Positions 1 through 9,531 of a stretch of 64,000 bases of DNA are shown here, one piece after another. The notes below the pieces were generated by a model. The model saw only the letters and a program-made list of their open reading frames with translations, was not told the origin of the DNA and ran no database searches. Within the stretch, counting starts at the first letter, position 1. Each line of letters opens with the position of its first letter. The stretch is from Geopsychrobacteraceae bacterium (GTDB lineage: Bacteria > Desulfobacterota > Desulfuromonadia > Desulfuromonadales > Geopsychrobacteraceae), in NCBI GenBank assembly GCA_963662315.1, contig OY759353.1:1696001-1760000 (forward strand). Reading direction: 5' to 3'. Made by a program: the position numbers and the translations under genes.

Positions 1-2
1 AA

Positions 3-560
3 CTTTCCGGAATCAGCATCGTGTCTTTTTGCCATCTTAAGCAAAAACATCTAAAGCTTCCCGTTGCGTCCGACATGCTAAAAAACAAACTTATTGAAGT
101 TTGCGACCAGACCTCCTGGGGAAAACTTGATTTTCTATTGATTGATCTTCCTTCAGGCTATATGGACCTGGCCCTGTTTATTGGAAAAAACCTCCCCGCA
201 TGCCAGTTTTTACTGGTCACAACCCCAGCAGCACCGGCCATTGCCGAACTCAGACAGGACATTCGTCTGCTTCAGAAGCACCACATAACCCCTCTTGGGC
301 TTATTGAGAATATGTCCTTTTTTATTGGAGGTAACTCTGCCGATCACCTGGAATTGGTAGGTATTTTCAGTGCAGGCGGTGGACAGCGAGTCTGCCAGGA
401 GACCTCTATTCCCCTGTTAGCGACAATCCCCATCAGTCTTGATATTGCTGCTGCCAGTGAAGCTGAAAAACCTGTTTACGAGCACTGCCCAAACTCTGAA
501 GTCCTGCCCTACTATCTGAGCTTGACCAAACAATTACTAAGACGCTGTTTAACCTGCTAA
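3..560 (+). CDS. Mrp/NBP35 (ApbC-like) P-loop ATPase, C-terminal part (5' end outside window)
   Basis: Frame is open to the window edge; motifs WGKLDFLLIDLP, LVTTP and GLIENMS are typical of the Mrp family, but the CxxC after ENMS is absent. Confidence 0.75.
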   Translation, partial: LSGISIVSFCHLKQKHLKLPVASDMLKNKLIEVCDQTSWGKLDFLLIDLPSGYMDLALFIGKNLPACQFLLVTTPAAPAIAELRQDIRLLQKHHITPLGLIENMSFFIGGNSADHLELVGIFSAGGGQRVCQETSIPLLATIPISLDIAAASEAEKPVYEHCPNSEVLPYYLSLTKQLLRRCLTC

Positions 561-643
561 AAATGTTCACAAGGATCTGTTTTGGGTTATCTATCTGATC
601 TCTATAGACCCCTTTATTTCTGCACTGCCGACAACAATTAGTA

Positions 644-690
644 TTGACTTTCCAGCAGCAAAAGAGAACAATTGAACATATATTCATATG
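644..690 (+). promoter_or_regulatory. sigma70-like promoter with an adjacent ArsR/SmtB-type operator
   Basis: TTGACT (644-649), 17 bp, AACAAT (667-672), immediately followed by the inverted repeat TGAA-CATATA-TTCA (673-686) just upstream of the arsR/smtB start. Confidence 0.6.
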
Positions 691-699
691 TGAGGATTT

Positions 700-1056
700 A
701 TGACCAACTCAGACGACAGCTGCCAAATTGAGTATGTCCATTCGGAAGCAGTTTCCGAAGTAGCAGCCCGCATGGCTGACGAAGAGACATTATTTGACCT
801 TGCCGAACTGTTTAAAGCATTTGCGGATTCCACCAGAGTCAGAATTCTGCACGCCCTGTCCTTCTCTGAACTATGCGTCTGTGACCTGGCCTGTATCCTG
901 AAGATGAGTTCTTCCGCCATCAGCCATCAACTGCGGGTTCTGCGCGCCCAAAAAATTGTTAAATACCGCAAAGACGGAAAAAATGCGATTTACAGTCTTG
1001 ACGATGACCATGTCTCAGTATTATTGCAGCTCGGTCTCGATCATTTGAATGAATAG
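700..1056 (+). CDS. ArsR/SmtB family metal-sensing repressor
   Basis: LAELFKAFADSTRVRIL...ELCVCDLA...SAISHQLRVLR...YSLDDDHV...LDHLNE: alpha3 ELCVCD box and alpha5 DxH...H site. Confidence 0.93.
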   Translation: MTNSDDSCQIEYVHSEAVSEVAARMADEETLFDLAELFKAFADSTRVRILHALSFSELCVCDLACILKMSSSAISHQLRVLRAQKIVKYRKDGKNAIYSLDDDHVSVLLQLGLDHLNE

Positions 1057-1115
1057 GCAGGCTTTTTTAGCTCAACACATGAACATTTGCACATATGTAA
1101 CACAAAGGTATTCAT

Positions 1116-2216
1116 ATGACGATTATTTTGGAGATCATTCACGAGAGCTGGAAGATTCTGTGCTTGTCGGCACCTTATATGTTATTTGGCTTTTTCATAG
1201 CAGGTTTACTTAAAGCCTTTATTCCAGATGATTTCATTGCCAGACACCTTGGCCAGAATAAGCGCAGCAGTCTGCTGAAAGCAGCGCTCTTCGGAATTCC
1301 AATTCCCCTTTGCAGCTGTGGCGTTCTACCTGCAGCAGCCGGTATCCGTAAACAAGGAGCGAGCAAAGGAGCGACAACGGCATTTTTGATCTCAACACCA
1401 GAAACCGGAGTCGATTCCATCTCCGTCACCTATGCCCTGCTTGATCCATTCATGACGGTGGCAAGGCCCCTGGCGGCTTTTCTGACCGCTATAGTTACCG
1501 GTCACCTAGTACGGATATTCGACGCCGATAAAGAGTCCACTGAGATACCGGAACAGAATCACAATTCATGCAACTGCAAAAATACCGAAGAAAACAAAAG
1601 CACCTGTGCAAGTGGAACTGTAAAAACGAGGACCAGTGCTTCAGATCGCTTTAAAAAGGGGATGAGCTACACATTTGGAGATCTGTTTGGTGATATCGCT
1701 GGCTGGTTTTTTCTGGGTGTCGTGATTGCCGGGCTGATTTCTCTGTATTTGTCTCCATCACTGGTTGAAGACTGGCTCGGTAACCATCTTGTCGCCATGC
1801 TCGTTATGTTGGTCGTCAGCACTCCTCTCTACGTCTGTGCCACCACCTCAACACCAATTGCAGCGACGCTGGTTCTCAAAGGATTGAATCCCGGTGCGGC
1901 CCTGGTCTTTTTGCTCGCCGGCCCGGCCACCAATGCGGCGGCCATTTCAGTTATTACAAAAATCCTGGGACGCAAAGCAACTCTGATTTACGTGGGGGGG
2001 ATTATCGTTACTGCTTTGTTACTGGGGATCATTATCGATGCGATTTACGGGATTAGCAACCTGACGCAAAACTGGCAGATCGGTCAACAGGGAGAGGATG
2101 GCGGGATAATCGGTGTCATCTGTGCAAGCATATTGATAGCATTGATGCTTGGCAAAAAATTACGTAAGAAAAATTCTGGCAGTTGCTGCTCAGGCAGCAG
2201 CTGCGCTTGCCAGTGA
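1116..2216 (+). CDS. Metal efflux permease (SO_0444/ArsP-like, DUF318)
   Basis: PLCSCGVLP, STPETGVDS, PLYVCAT and AGPATN motifs; multiple TM segments; Cys-rich C-tail; lies downstream of the ArsR gene. Confidence 0.88.
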   Translation: MTIILEIIHESWKILCLSAPYMLFGFFIAGLLKAFIPDDFIARHLGQNKRSSLLKAALFGIPIPLCSCGVLPAAAGIRKQGASKGATTAFLISTPETGVDSISVTYALLDPFMTVARPLAAFLTAIVTGHLVRIFDADKESTEIPEQNHNSCNCKNTEENKSTCASGTVKTRTSASDRFKKGMSYTFGDLFGDIAGWFFLGVVIAGLISLYLSPSLVEDWLGNHLVAMLVMLVVSTPLYVCATTSTPIAATLVLKGLNPGAALVFLLAGPATNAAAISVITKILGRKATLIYVGGIIVTALLLGIIIDAIYGISNLTQNWQIGQQGEDGGIIGVICASILIALMLGKKLRKKNSGSCCSGSSCACQ

Positions 2217-2483
2217 ACCCTGAAGATCGGATTATGTCTAAAAACAGAGAGCCAGGAAGGATCTTGTCACGGAAAAAACCAAAGACTCACCATAGCAGCA
2301 ATTGTTCATTGCCATAGAGTTAGCCTTGTGAAAATCGTAGTCATTGCTCTCTGCAGCATGTTCACTTGTCATAACATTTTTCAAACGCCGCAACCGCAAC
2401 GCAGATGTTTTTTCAACAACCTGCTAAGGAATTGCTTGACAGTTTTGCCAGCATCTCTCTTGCGGAAAAAGAGCTGGGCATGG

Positions 2484-3353
2484 TCATTGTGGACCGGCCA
2501 CTTTGAAACCTCGCCAGCGTAATTGAATAACTGCAACACCAACAAGAGTTATCAACCCTCCCAAGATCTTCTGCCACGTCAGCGTCTCATCCATAAAAAC
2601 AACTCCAGACAAAACCCCGGCTATAGGTACCAACAGGGTAAAGGGAACAACGCGCGTTACAGCATACTTTCCAACCAGGTAATACCATAACCCATAAGCT
2701 GTCATGGTTGTGATAAAGACTAGGTGCAGGAAACACAACCATGCCCGGACACTGATGTGGGACAACATATCGAGTGTGGGAGCCTCGCTGACCAGCGCCA
2801 GGATGAACAGTGGTCCCGCCGCAAAGAGTCCCATCCAGGCATTTAGCGCCATCGGGTGAATCGGGCCAATCAACTTGATAATCGTGTTGCCGTATCCCCA
2901 GGCAACGACAGCAATTATGACAACGCCTAAATGGAGCGGGCGTGCTGCCAGATGCGGCTCGCCAAATATAATGAGGACACCGGCAAAAGCGGATACCATA
3001 CCGAAACTCTGCTGCCGGGTGAAGCTCTCTTTCAGCAGGAGTCGCGCAAAAACTACTGACATAGGGACCCCGGCCATGGACAGAATCGCCACCGCAGAGA
3101 CATCAACTCCCTGCAAGCCGAAGAAGATACCACCAAAGTGCACAGCTCCGAAAGCCCCTCCCAACAGCGCCAATAGAGGCAGCTGTTTACGGGATACAGG
3201 AAACCACCATATCAGTAACATGGCAACCGTGAAAAAGCGTAAACCGGTCAAAAAAATCGGTGGAAATTCTGCGACTGCAGTTTTTATGACGGCAATATTC
3301 ACCCCCCAGAGGAGCGGCACAATGATTGCGGCTAACACATCAATAACGCTCAT
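2484..3353 (-). CDS. EamA/DMT family transporter
   Basis: About 10 TM helices, LWGVNIAVIK...LTGLRF, duplicated EamA pattern, 289 aa. Confidence 0.88.
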   Translation of the reverse strand: MSVIDVLAAIIVPLLWGVNIAVIKTAVAEFPPIFLTGLRFFTVAMLLIWWFPVSRKQLPLLALLGGAFGAVHFGGIFFGLQGVDVSAVAILSMAGVPMSVVFARLLLKESFTRQQSFGMVSAFAGVLIIFGEPHLAARPLHLGVVIIAVVAWGYGNTIIKLIGPIHPMALNAWMGLFAAGPLFILALVSEAPTLDMLSHISVRAWLCFLHLVFITTMTAYGLWYYLVGKYAVTRVVPFTLLVPIAGVLSGVVFMDETLTWQKILGGLITLVGVAVIQLRWRGFKVAGPQ

Positions 3354-3789
3354 AACATCTCTTTAGTGGGAAATAAATTAGCTGCCATAGTCGCCCCAAA
3401 CAGAATCGCTTGGATAAACATTCGAACAGTTGATAGTCGTTGCAACCATAGTCTCTTTAACAAAACCTGTAAAGATGATTGCCTGCAGTCCACCAACTGC
3501 GCTTTGGAGACGATAAAAGAAAAATCGGCCAGACATCCGTCCCGCAGTATCAAACGAAGCGAACAGGAGTAAAGACTCTCTGCCGGAACCTAAGAACAGA
3601 AAACCTCCCAACAGCAAAACACCAATATGCTGCTTTATCTGCATCAAGCCAGATAAACCGAACCGCTTATAGTGCTTCTGCAACCGCTTGCAGGAAAAAT
3701 ATGACGGGATATAGTTAAACGATGGAATCAGAACTCAGCTCGCAGCAAAATCCACTTCTTTCGTTCTACCATATGATCGACAAAGAGAA

Positions 3790-4812
3790 ATGCAACTCTC
3801 TTTTTTTTACTTACAGACACTCACTATGACAAGAAAACAAAAGTGGCCGATCTGGATCATTCTCGCTATCAGCGTGTTGCTTCTTATTTTTCTTTTTGAA
3901 TCTAAAGAACGGAAAAGTACTGCCACCATAATGAACTTCGGCGGAGGACCGCAAGGCAGTACCGCTCAGAATGTTGCTGAGGAGCTGGTCTCAATCCTCG
4001 ACCGGCAAGATCATTCCGTCACCTTTCGAGTGAAACAATCTGCAGGGTCATTTACCAACCTGCTCGGCATTGAAAAGGGAAAGTTGCAATTTGCCCTGGC
4101 CAATGCTGAAGACAGCTATAATCGTCTCTCCAGCCCAGGATCCCATCGGCAACAAACGCCCGAAGAAGCGGTATTGCTGGTCCGGCTGTTTGGCACTTAT
4201 GTGCAACTTTTCGTCCCTAAAAGCAGTCCGGTCATATCACCAGAAGACTTGGTGAATAAACGGGTCGCCATCGGCAGTTCGGGATCAGATTCTGCCAGAT
4301 GTGCACGCCGCTATTTCCAGGCCCAGGAGCTGTGGCATCGGATTACCCCGATTTATGTCGGCTATGAACGTGCTTTACAGGAACTGATTGATGGCACTGT
4401 TGAAGCGGTCTGGTTCATGTCAGGCGTCCCCAATGACTCCGTCCGTGAAGTAAACCGCAAGCATCCGTTGCGGCTGATAAACTTATGGGCCGGAGTGCCA
4501 ACGTCAGCAGCAAGTCGGAAGTTTTATCAGGATTTTCCTTTCTACGATATTTCCGTACTACGCCCCAATAGCTATCGTGGTCAGGAAGAGATAGTTTTTA
4601 CGGTTGGTATGTCCACCCTCTTGTTTGCCAATAAAAGACTCAGCGATGACTATATTTATCAGACGCTGGACACCATTTTTACCCACGAGAACCTGCAACA
4701 GATCCATTCTCGCTATCCTGCAACAGAAGAGATGGGAATCATGAATACCCTAACTAAAATGTCCCTGCCGATGCACCCGGGGGCGGTCAGTTTTTTACGC
4801 GATCATCTTTAA
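3790..4812 (+). CDS. TAXI family TRAP solute-binding protein (start may be 3826)
   Basis: SAGSFTNL, DLVNKRVAIGSSGS and LPMHPGA motifs; N-terminal hydrophobic anchor. Confidence 0.8.
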   Translation: MQLSFFYLQTLTMTRKQKWPIWIILAISVLLLIFLFESKERKSTATIMNFGGGPQGSTAQNVAEELVSILDRQDHSVTFRVKQSAGSFTNLLGIEKGKLQFALANAEDSYNRLSSPGSHRQQTPEEAVLLVRLFGTYVQLFVPKSSPVISPEDLVNKRVAIGSSGSDSARCARRYFQAQELWHRITPIYVGYERALQELIDGTVEAVWFMSGVPNDSVREVNRKHPLRLINLWAGVPTSAASRKFYQDFPFYDISVLRPNSYRGQEEIVFTVGMSTLLFANKRLSDDYIYQTLDTIFTHENLQQIHSRYPATEEMGIMNTLTKMSLPMHPGAVSFLRDHL

Positions 4813-4929
4813 GCTGTCCGATCCCCCTTCTTACCCTGTCGTTCACAGAAGCAGGTCTCCTCTCTTGCCTGTCTGGCAGTTATTGCTTATCCTGTCTGCA
4901 ATCACCCTTTACCTGGCAGGATCTTTAGC

Positions 4930-5187
4930 ATGAAACAGATAGGTGTTTATTGCGGCTCCCAAACAGGGCGTCAGCAGGATTATCAGCTGTTAGCCAAGCA
5001 ATTTGCAGCAACGCTTGTCAAAACCGATATTGGTCTGGTCCACGGTGGTGCCAGGATCGAACAGTTTATTCTGCCAGCCCATCATTACTTACTGGGCAGC
5101 GCTGACAATCCAGAAAAACTCCTGGATCGCATGGGCAAGCTGGCACCCGTTACTTCGACACCAGGCCTGACCCGCGATGAAAGCTGA
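4930..5187 (+). pseudogene. LOG family (TIGR00730-like) gene with a large in-frame internal deletion
   Basis: N-terminus VYCGS...GLVHGGAR is joined directly to a C-terminal-like F(I)LPAHH...ADNPEKLLDRM; the PGGxGTxxE core is absent; only 85 aa. Confidence 0.7.
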
Positions 5188-6145
5188 ACAGCCACCGCAA
5201 CATTCCGTTGAGATCGATCATGAACATTCAGACTGGGTCGCAATCCCTGCCGGGTTGACGGCCGGGAAAGATACGCAGCCATTGACCAGAAAACAGATAA
5301 AAAACTGGCCTCTGGTTCTGTCCGCCAAACAGATCCCCTGGCGCTCAAGGCAAAATATCGCAAACCAATGGGAGATAGAGGTTCCTGCCTCACACTACTT
5401 AACTGCCTGCCGGGAATTAAACCAATTTGAAGAGGAAAACCGCAACTGGCCACCACATGTCAACGCCGTTGAAACTTCTGAAAATACGGCTGTAACCATC
5501 TGGGTGCTAATTCTGTTAGCGCTCTTCCATAACCTGACAAGCCAGCAGATACAATTGCCACATTTTCCCGCCATCGACTGGTTCAGCATCGGCACTGCCG
5601 ATGCACAGAAAATTCTGGCCGGCCAATGGTGGCGAACCATCACAGCTCTGACTTTACATTCAGGAGGTATTCATCTAAGCGCCAACATTCTTTTCGGTGG
5701 CATAATCATTATTCGCTTGGCCCACTTGCTTCGTTCCGGCCCCGCCTGGTTCCTGATTCTTATAAGTGGCGCCCTGGGTAATTTTCTCAATGCCCTGGTT
5801 CACGGACGTAATCATCAATCTATCGGCTTTTCCACTGCGGTATTTTCTGCCCTTGCCCTGCTCTGCATCTGTACCATGACATTGCAGCGCACATCGTCCT
5901 GGCGCCGCTGGCCGCTCCCTCTCATGGCCGGGTGTGCCCTGTTGGCCCTGCTGGGAACCAGTGGCGAACAAACCGACCTTGGCGCCCACCTGTTCGGCTT
6001 TATCAGTGGCATCATCTGCGCGGTGATTGCTTTAAAAATCACTATTCCAGATTTTATTCGGGCACGACTGAACACCCTTTTAAGCCTGGTGACTGCGGTA
6101 ATGCTGCTAGGTGCCTGGGCTCTCGCCCAGTTCTCAGGAAACTAG
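5177..6145 (+). CDS. Rhomboid family intramembrane serine protease with N-terminal soluble extension
   Basis: GQWWRTITALTLH, HLSAN, catalytic SIGFSTAVF and AHLFGF motifs. Confidence 0.87.
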   Translation: MKAEQPPQHSVEIDHEHSDWVAIPAGLTAGKDTQPLTRKQIKNWPLVLSAKQIPWRSRQNIANQWEIEVPASHYLTACRELNQFEEENRNWPPHVNAVETSENTAVTIWVLILLALFHNLTSQQIQLPHFPAIDWFSIGTADAQKILAGQWWRTITALTLHSGGIHLSANILFGGIIIIRLAHLLRSGPAWFLILISGALGNFLNALVHGRNHQSIGFSTAVFSALALLCICTMTLQRTSSWRRWPLPLMAGCALLALLGTSGEQTDLGAHLFGFISGIICAVIALKITIPDFIRARLNTLLSLVTAVMLLGAWALAQFSGN

Positions 6146-6214
6146 CATGATCGCAAGCGCGCGAAATACTGATATCTTGTACGATATTTTTTGTACAATT
6201 GCGATTGCGCAGCC

Positions 6215-8080
6215 TTAAGCTGCTTTAGTCTCCAAAAGTATCTCCCGCACGGTTTTGGCCAGCACCTCAAGAGAAAACGGTTTATCAAGAACTTTTACAA
6301 TTTGCACCTCGAAAAGATCATCTGCCTCAATACTGTCGGCATAGCCGGTCCACAACAGAATCGGGAATGTTTTTCCTGCCCGCCTGAGTTCCTGGGCCAA
6401 TTGAAGCCCGTTAAACTCGGGCATGGTCATATCAGTAATCAACAGATCGACGGGCTGTTCACCACTAACCATGTCCTGACAGGCCCGGAGGGGATCATTG
6501 TAACTGACGGTCCGATAACCAAGTCGCACAAACAGCTCATCACTCATACTGGTGACTGTTTTTTCATCATCAACAACAACAATCAGTTCCCCCTTCCCGG
6601 CAATAATTTCGTCATTGGTCACCTTTGGCTGAACATTGGCATCTGTTTCCGGCAGATAAATGTGAAACACCGCCCCTTGCCCCGGTGCACTTTTTAATTC
6701 TATGGCACCACCATGAGCACGTACAATGCCATGGGCCACAGCCAATCCCATCCCGGTGCCTTCACCTGTTTTTTTCGTTGAAAAAAACGGTTCAAAAATC
6801 CGTTCAGCAATATCTTCCGAAATTCCGGGCCCAGAATCTTCGACAGTCAGGCAACCGTAACAACCCGGCCGGACATTAAAGATCTCTGCCTTTTCTTGTG
6901 ACAAGTTGGCGCGCTGAACCTGGATTTTCAGGACCCCGCCGGTCTCATTCATGGCGTGACCAGCATTGGTGATCAGATTCATAAGAATTTGATGGACCTG
7001 ACCCGGGTCTGCCAAAACCTTTACACCTGGGTCCAACGACGTTTCAACAGAGATTAATCTGGGCAGGGATGATTGATGCAAAGCCAAGCTTTCTTTGACG
7101 ATATCCTCAAGAAACAGGGGTTCACGCACCGGTTCGGCCCGCCGGCTAAAAAGCAAAATTTGGGCAATAAGCTTTTGGGCGCGCTCACCGGCCAGAATAA
7201 TTTGGTTCTGGTACTGTTCCAGCTTTGATCCCGGCTCACAGGTCAGAGAGCTGAGTTGGGCAAAGCCCAGTACTGCAGACAGAATATTGTTGAAATCATG
7301 AGCAATACCTCCGGCAAGGGTCCCGAGAGCTTCCAGTTTCTGAGCTTGAGCCAGGTCCTGTTCAAGTTGCCGCCGCTGCTCCAATTCCATTTTCAGCGTC
7401 GCAATCATACTGTTAATAGCATCTGCCAGATGATCAATTTCATCCTCACCAAGCAACTGCTTCTTAACCGTTATGGGTTCCAGAGTTTCTATTTTCTGCA
7501 GTTCCATAGCGCGTGCGTAACGTTCCACCCGGACCAGACGCTTGAGTGCCTGGCGATGAAAAAGCAGATAAACAATTGCAGCGACTCCGAAAATACTGAG
7601 GAAATTGGAGAGCAGAAGCTGAGGGAAATCTTTGAAAATAGCCGCTGGATACTTTTCGTAATGAGCCTGAAGAATTATAACCCCGATTTCAGTACTGCTG
7701 TTGGTGACAGGATCGAAATGAAGAATCATGCTGCGGTGTTCAAGATAGGGGTCCAGTCCAGCTTCACCATAGCGCTGACAACGATTTGCCGTATGGTCAC
7801 AGACTTCAATGTAACTTAGGGTATGGCTGGTCTGGTTTTCGATGATCTTCTCGACCATATCCCAGTCGTACAGCCACACCGCTTCTCGAATTGATAACTG
7901 GGCACCCCGTTCAAAGTTGGCAAATTCGCTCTGGATATTTTTTTTGCGCTGCTCCAGCCCCAGATACTCTTGGTATAAACTCACAGCCACAACAATCAGG
8001 GCACAGGTCAGGATTGTACTCAATAATAATTTAATATTGAGCCTGGCAAACATCGATCTGGCAAAACCTTGCTTAACCAT
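6215..8080 (-). CDS. Membrane-bound hybrid sensor histidine kinase/response regulator
   Basis: Two TMs, HAMP-like region, GIAHDFNNIL H-box, N/G1/F/G2 boxes, C-terminal receiver (VVDDE, LITDMTMP). Confidence 0.93.
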   Translation of the reverse strand: MVKQGFARSMFARLNIKLLLSTILTCALIVVAVSLYQEYLGLEQRKKNIQSEFANFERGAQLSIREAVWLYDWDMVEKIIENQTSHTLSYIEVCDHTANRCQRYGEAGLDPYLEHRSMILHFDPVTNSSTEIGVIILQAHYEKYPAAIFKDFPQLLLSNFLSIFGVAAIVYLLFHRQALKRLVRVERYARAMELQKIETLEPITVKKQLLGEDEIDHLADAINSMIATLKMELEQRRQLEQDLAQAQKLEALGTLAGGIAHDFNNILSAVLGFAQLSSLTCEPGSKLEQYQNQIILAGERAQKLIAQILLFSRRAEPVREPLFLEDIVKESLALHQSSLPRLISVETSLDPGVKVLADPGQVHQILMNLITNAGHAMNETGGVLKIQVQRANLSQEKAEIFNVRPGCYGCLTVEDSGPGISEDIAERIFEPFFSTKKTGEGTGMGLAVAHGIVRAHGGAIELKSAPGQGAVFHIYLPETDANVQPKVTNDEIIAGKGELIVVVDDEKTVTSMSDELFVRLGYRTVSYNDPLRACQDMVSGEQPVDLLITDMTMPEFNGLQLAQELRRAGKTFPILLWTGYADSIEADDLFEVQIVKVLDKPFSLEVLAKTVREILLETKAA

Positions 8081-8363
8081 CTATGTCAGTCCTTTATTAT
8101 GCAGCTCAATCCGACAACTCCAGGGCAGCCGAAGTGAAGTAGACTCTAAAATCTCAAAATAACCACAGTCAACGTTAGCCCGTTCGCTATCAAACGTTCG
8201 GAACAGTAAACTATTCTATCGGAAATATTCAAAGATACTAGGCGTTTAATAAACTAAATCAGAAATAAATTAAATCCCACAACCAGGTATTTCCCCCACC
8301 CCTCTCACTTTCACTGCGGTTTTCATGCTAAAATGGTCTATCAACTAGCGAAGGAGGGTTTGA

Positions 8364-8792
8364 ATGTCAGCTCAAAAACGTTTATTCCCCATAAGTATTG
8401 CATGCATGTTGCTTCTGTCCCTAATCCAGCCCGCAACAGCAGCGAATATCTTGCAGGCCAAAGACATCCCACGCATCACCCCAGCCGACGCCCAGCAGCT
8501 GCAAAATCAAGAAGACATCACGTATATCGATACGCGGAAGCCGGATCAATGGCAGACAGCTACAGACAAAATTCCCGGGGCAATCCGCGTGACAACCTAC
8601 AGCGAGCTCTACGCTTTAAAAAAGGTACTGCCAGCAGACAGGGCAATCATAACCTATTGTACCTGACCGAACGAAGCATCCAGTGCCGGTCTGGCACTGA
8701 CACTATTAGAAGCAGGATTTACCAGGGTCTGGGCTCTCAAGGGCGGGTATGCCGACTGGAAACAACACGAGCTACCGACAGAAAAAAAATAA
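8364..8792 (+). CDS. Secreted rhodanese-like selenoprotein (UGA 8664-8666 read as Sec; CxU motif), 142 aa
   Basis: Frame continues after YCT-TGA as PNEASSAGLALTLLEAGFTRVWALKGGYADW..., completing the rhodanese fold, to TAA at 8790-8792; SECIS-like hairpin follows; N-terminal signal peptide. Confidence 0.85.
8664..8699 (+). promoter_or_regulatory. Bacterial SECIS element
   Basis: In-frame TGA, 14 nt, then stem CAGTGCC / loop GGTCT / GGCACTG; the GGUCUG apex resembles the E. coli fdhF SECIS. Confidence 0.8.
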
Positions 8793-8813
8793 GACAACTG
8801 GAGGTTTGACACC

Positions 8814-9230
8814 ATGAAAGACAGTCTGAAACCGGGGTTGACCTATGTGCACAGTTACCAAGTTCCAGTCTGCAAAACGGTTCCCCATCTGTTTGAAGAA
8901 GCAGAGCTTTTTCAGCAGATGCCGGCCGTTCTGGCAACCGGGTTCATGGTCGGCCTGATGGAGTGGGCCTGCATGGAAGCCATGGCCCCTCATATGGACG
9001 AGGGGGAAATCAGCCTGGGGGTCTATGTCAATGTGTCCCACCTGGCACCAACGCCACCAGGAATGAATGTCCAGGTTGAAGTCACCTGCATCGCCGTCGA
9101 AGGTCAAAAAACCAGCTGGAATCTGATTGCTAAAGACGAAAAGGACATCATTGGCAAAGGAACACATGAACGCTTCAGCATAAATCGTGATAAGTTTGCT
9201 AAAATAGTTGCAAAGAAAAGTACAGAATAG
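8814..9230 (+). CDS. Thioesterase, FlK (fluoroacetyl-CoA thioesterase)-like hotdog protein
   Basis: VLATGFMVGLMEWAC, VSHLAPTPPG and GKGTHER motifs (Thr/Glu/His triad pattern). Confidence 0.85.
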   Translation: MKDSLKPGLTYVHSYQVPVCKTVPHLFEEAELFQQMPAVLATGFMVGLMEWACMEAMAPHMDEGEISLGVYVNVSHLAPTPPGMNVQVEVTCIAVEGQKTSWNLIAKDEKDIIGKGTHERFSINRDKFAKIVAKKSTE

Positions 9231-9282
9231 TTTTGTCTTAAATGAACCTACCTAAAACGTTGTGAACCGAAAGGAGAAGACT

Positions 9283-9462
9283 ATGACTGAATGGAGTTGT
9301 GACAACCCGGAAGAACATTGCGACCTTCATGCTTGTCAACTGAGCGCCAAGGAACGCAATCCTGAAATTGAAAAGATATTTGAGAATCCCCGCTACCTAT
9401 GTACCAACTGCGGAGCTAAAGTGCACGATGCAGGAAATGTCTGCCGTCCCAGAGAAATATAG
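9283..9462 (+). CDS. Small Cys/His-rich hypothetical protein (59 aa)
   Basis: AAGGAG RBS at 9271; HxC...CxxCG...C pattern. Confidence 0.7.
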   Translation: MTEWSCDNPEEHCDLHACQLSAKERNPEIEKIFENPRYLCTNCGAKVHDAGNVCRPREI

Positions 9463-9486
9463 CTTTCAAACCACAAATGATCTGTT

Positions 9487-9517
9487 AAAAAAAGCGGGCT
9501 CTGAAAACAGAGCCCGC
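9487..9517 (-). terminator. Rho-independent terminator downstream of slyD (possibly bidirectional)
   Basis: GCGGGCTCTG-AAAA-CAGAGCCCGC hairpin with an A7 run on its left. Confidence 0.8.
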
Positions 9518-9531
9518 CGGATTCGCTGAGA

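Noticed and set aside
3350..3718. Several short overlapping ORFs or a possible riboswitch upstream of eamA
   Set aside because: No recognisable protein motif or riboswitch consensus seen by eye
8333..8809. 158-aa ORF overlapping the rhodanese gene
   Set aside because: Alternative frame with no recognisable motifs; the Sec read-through frame explains the region
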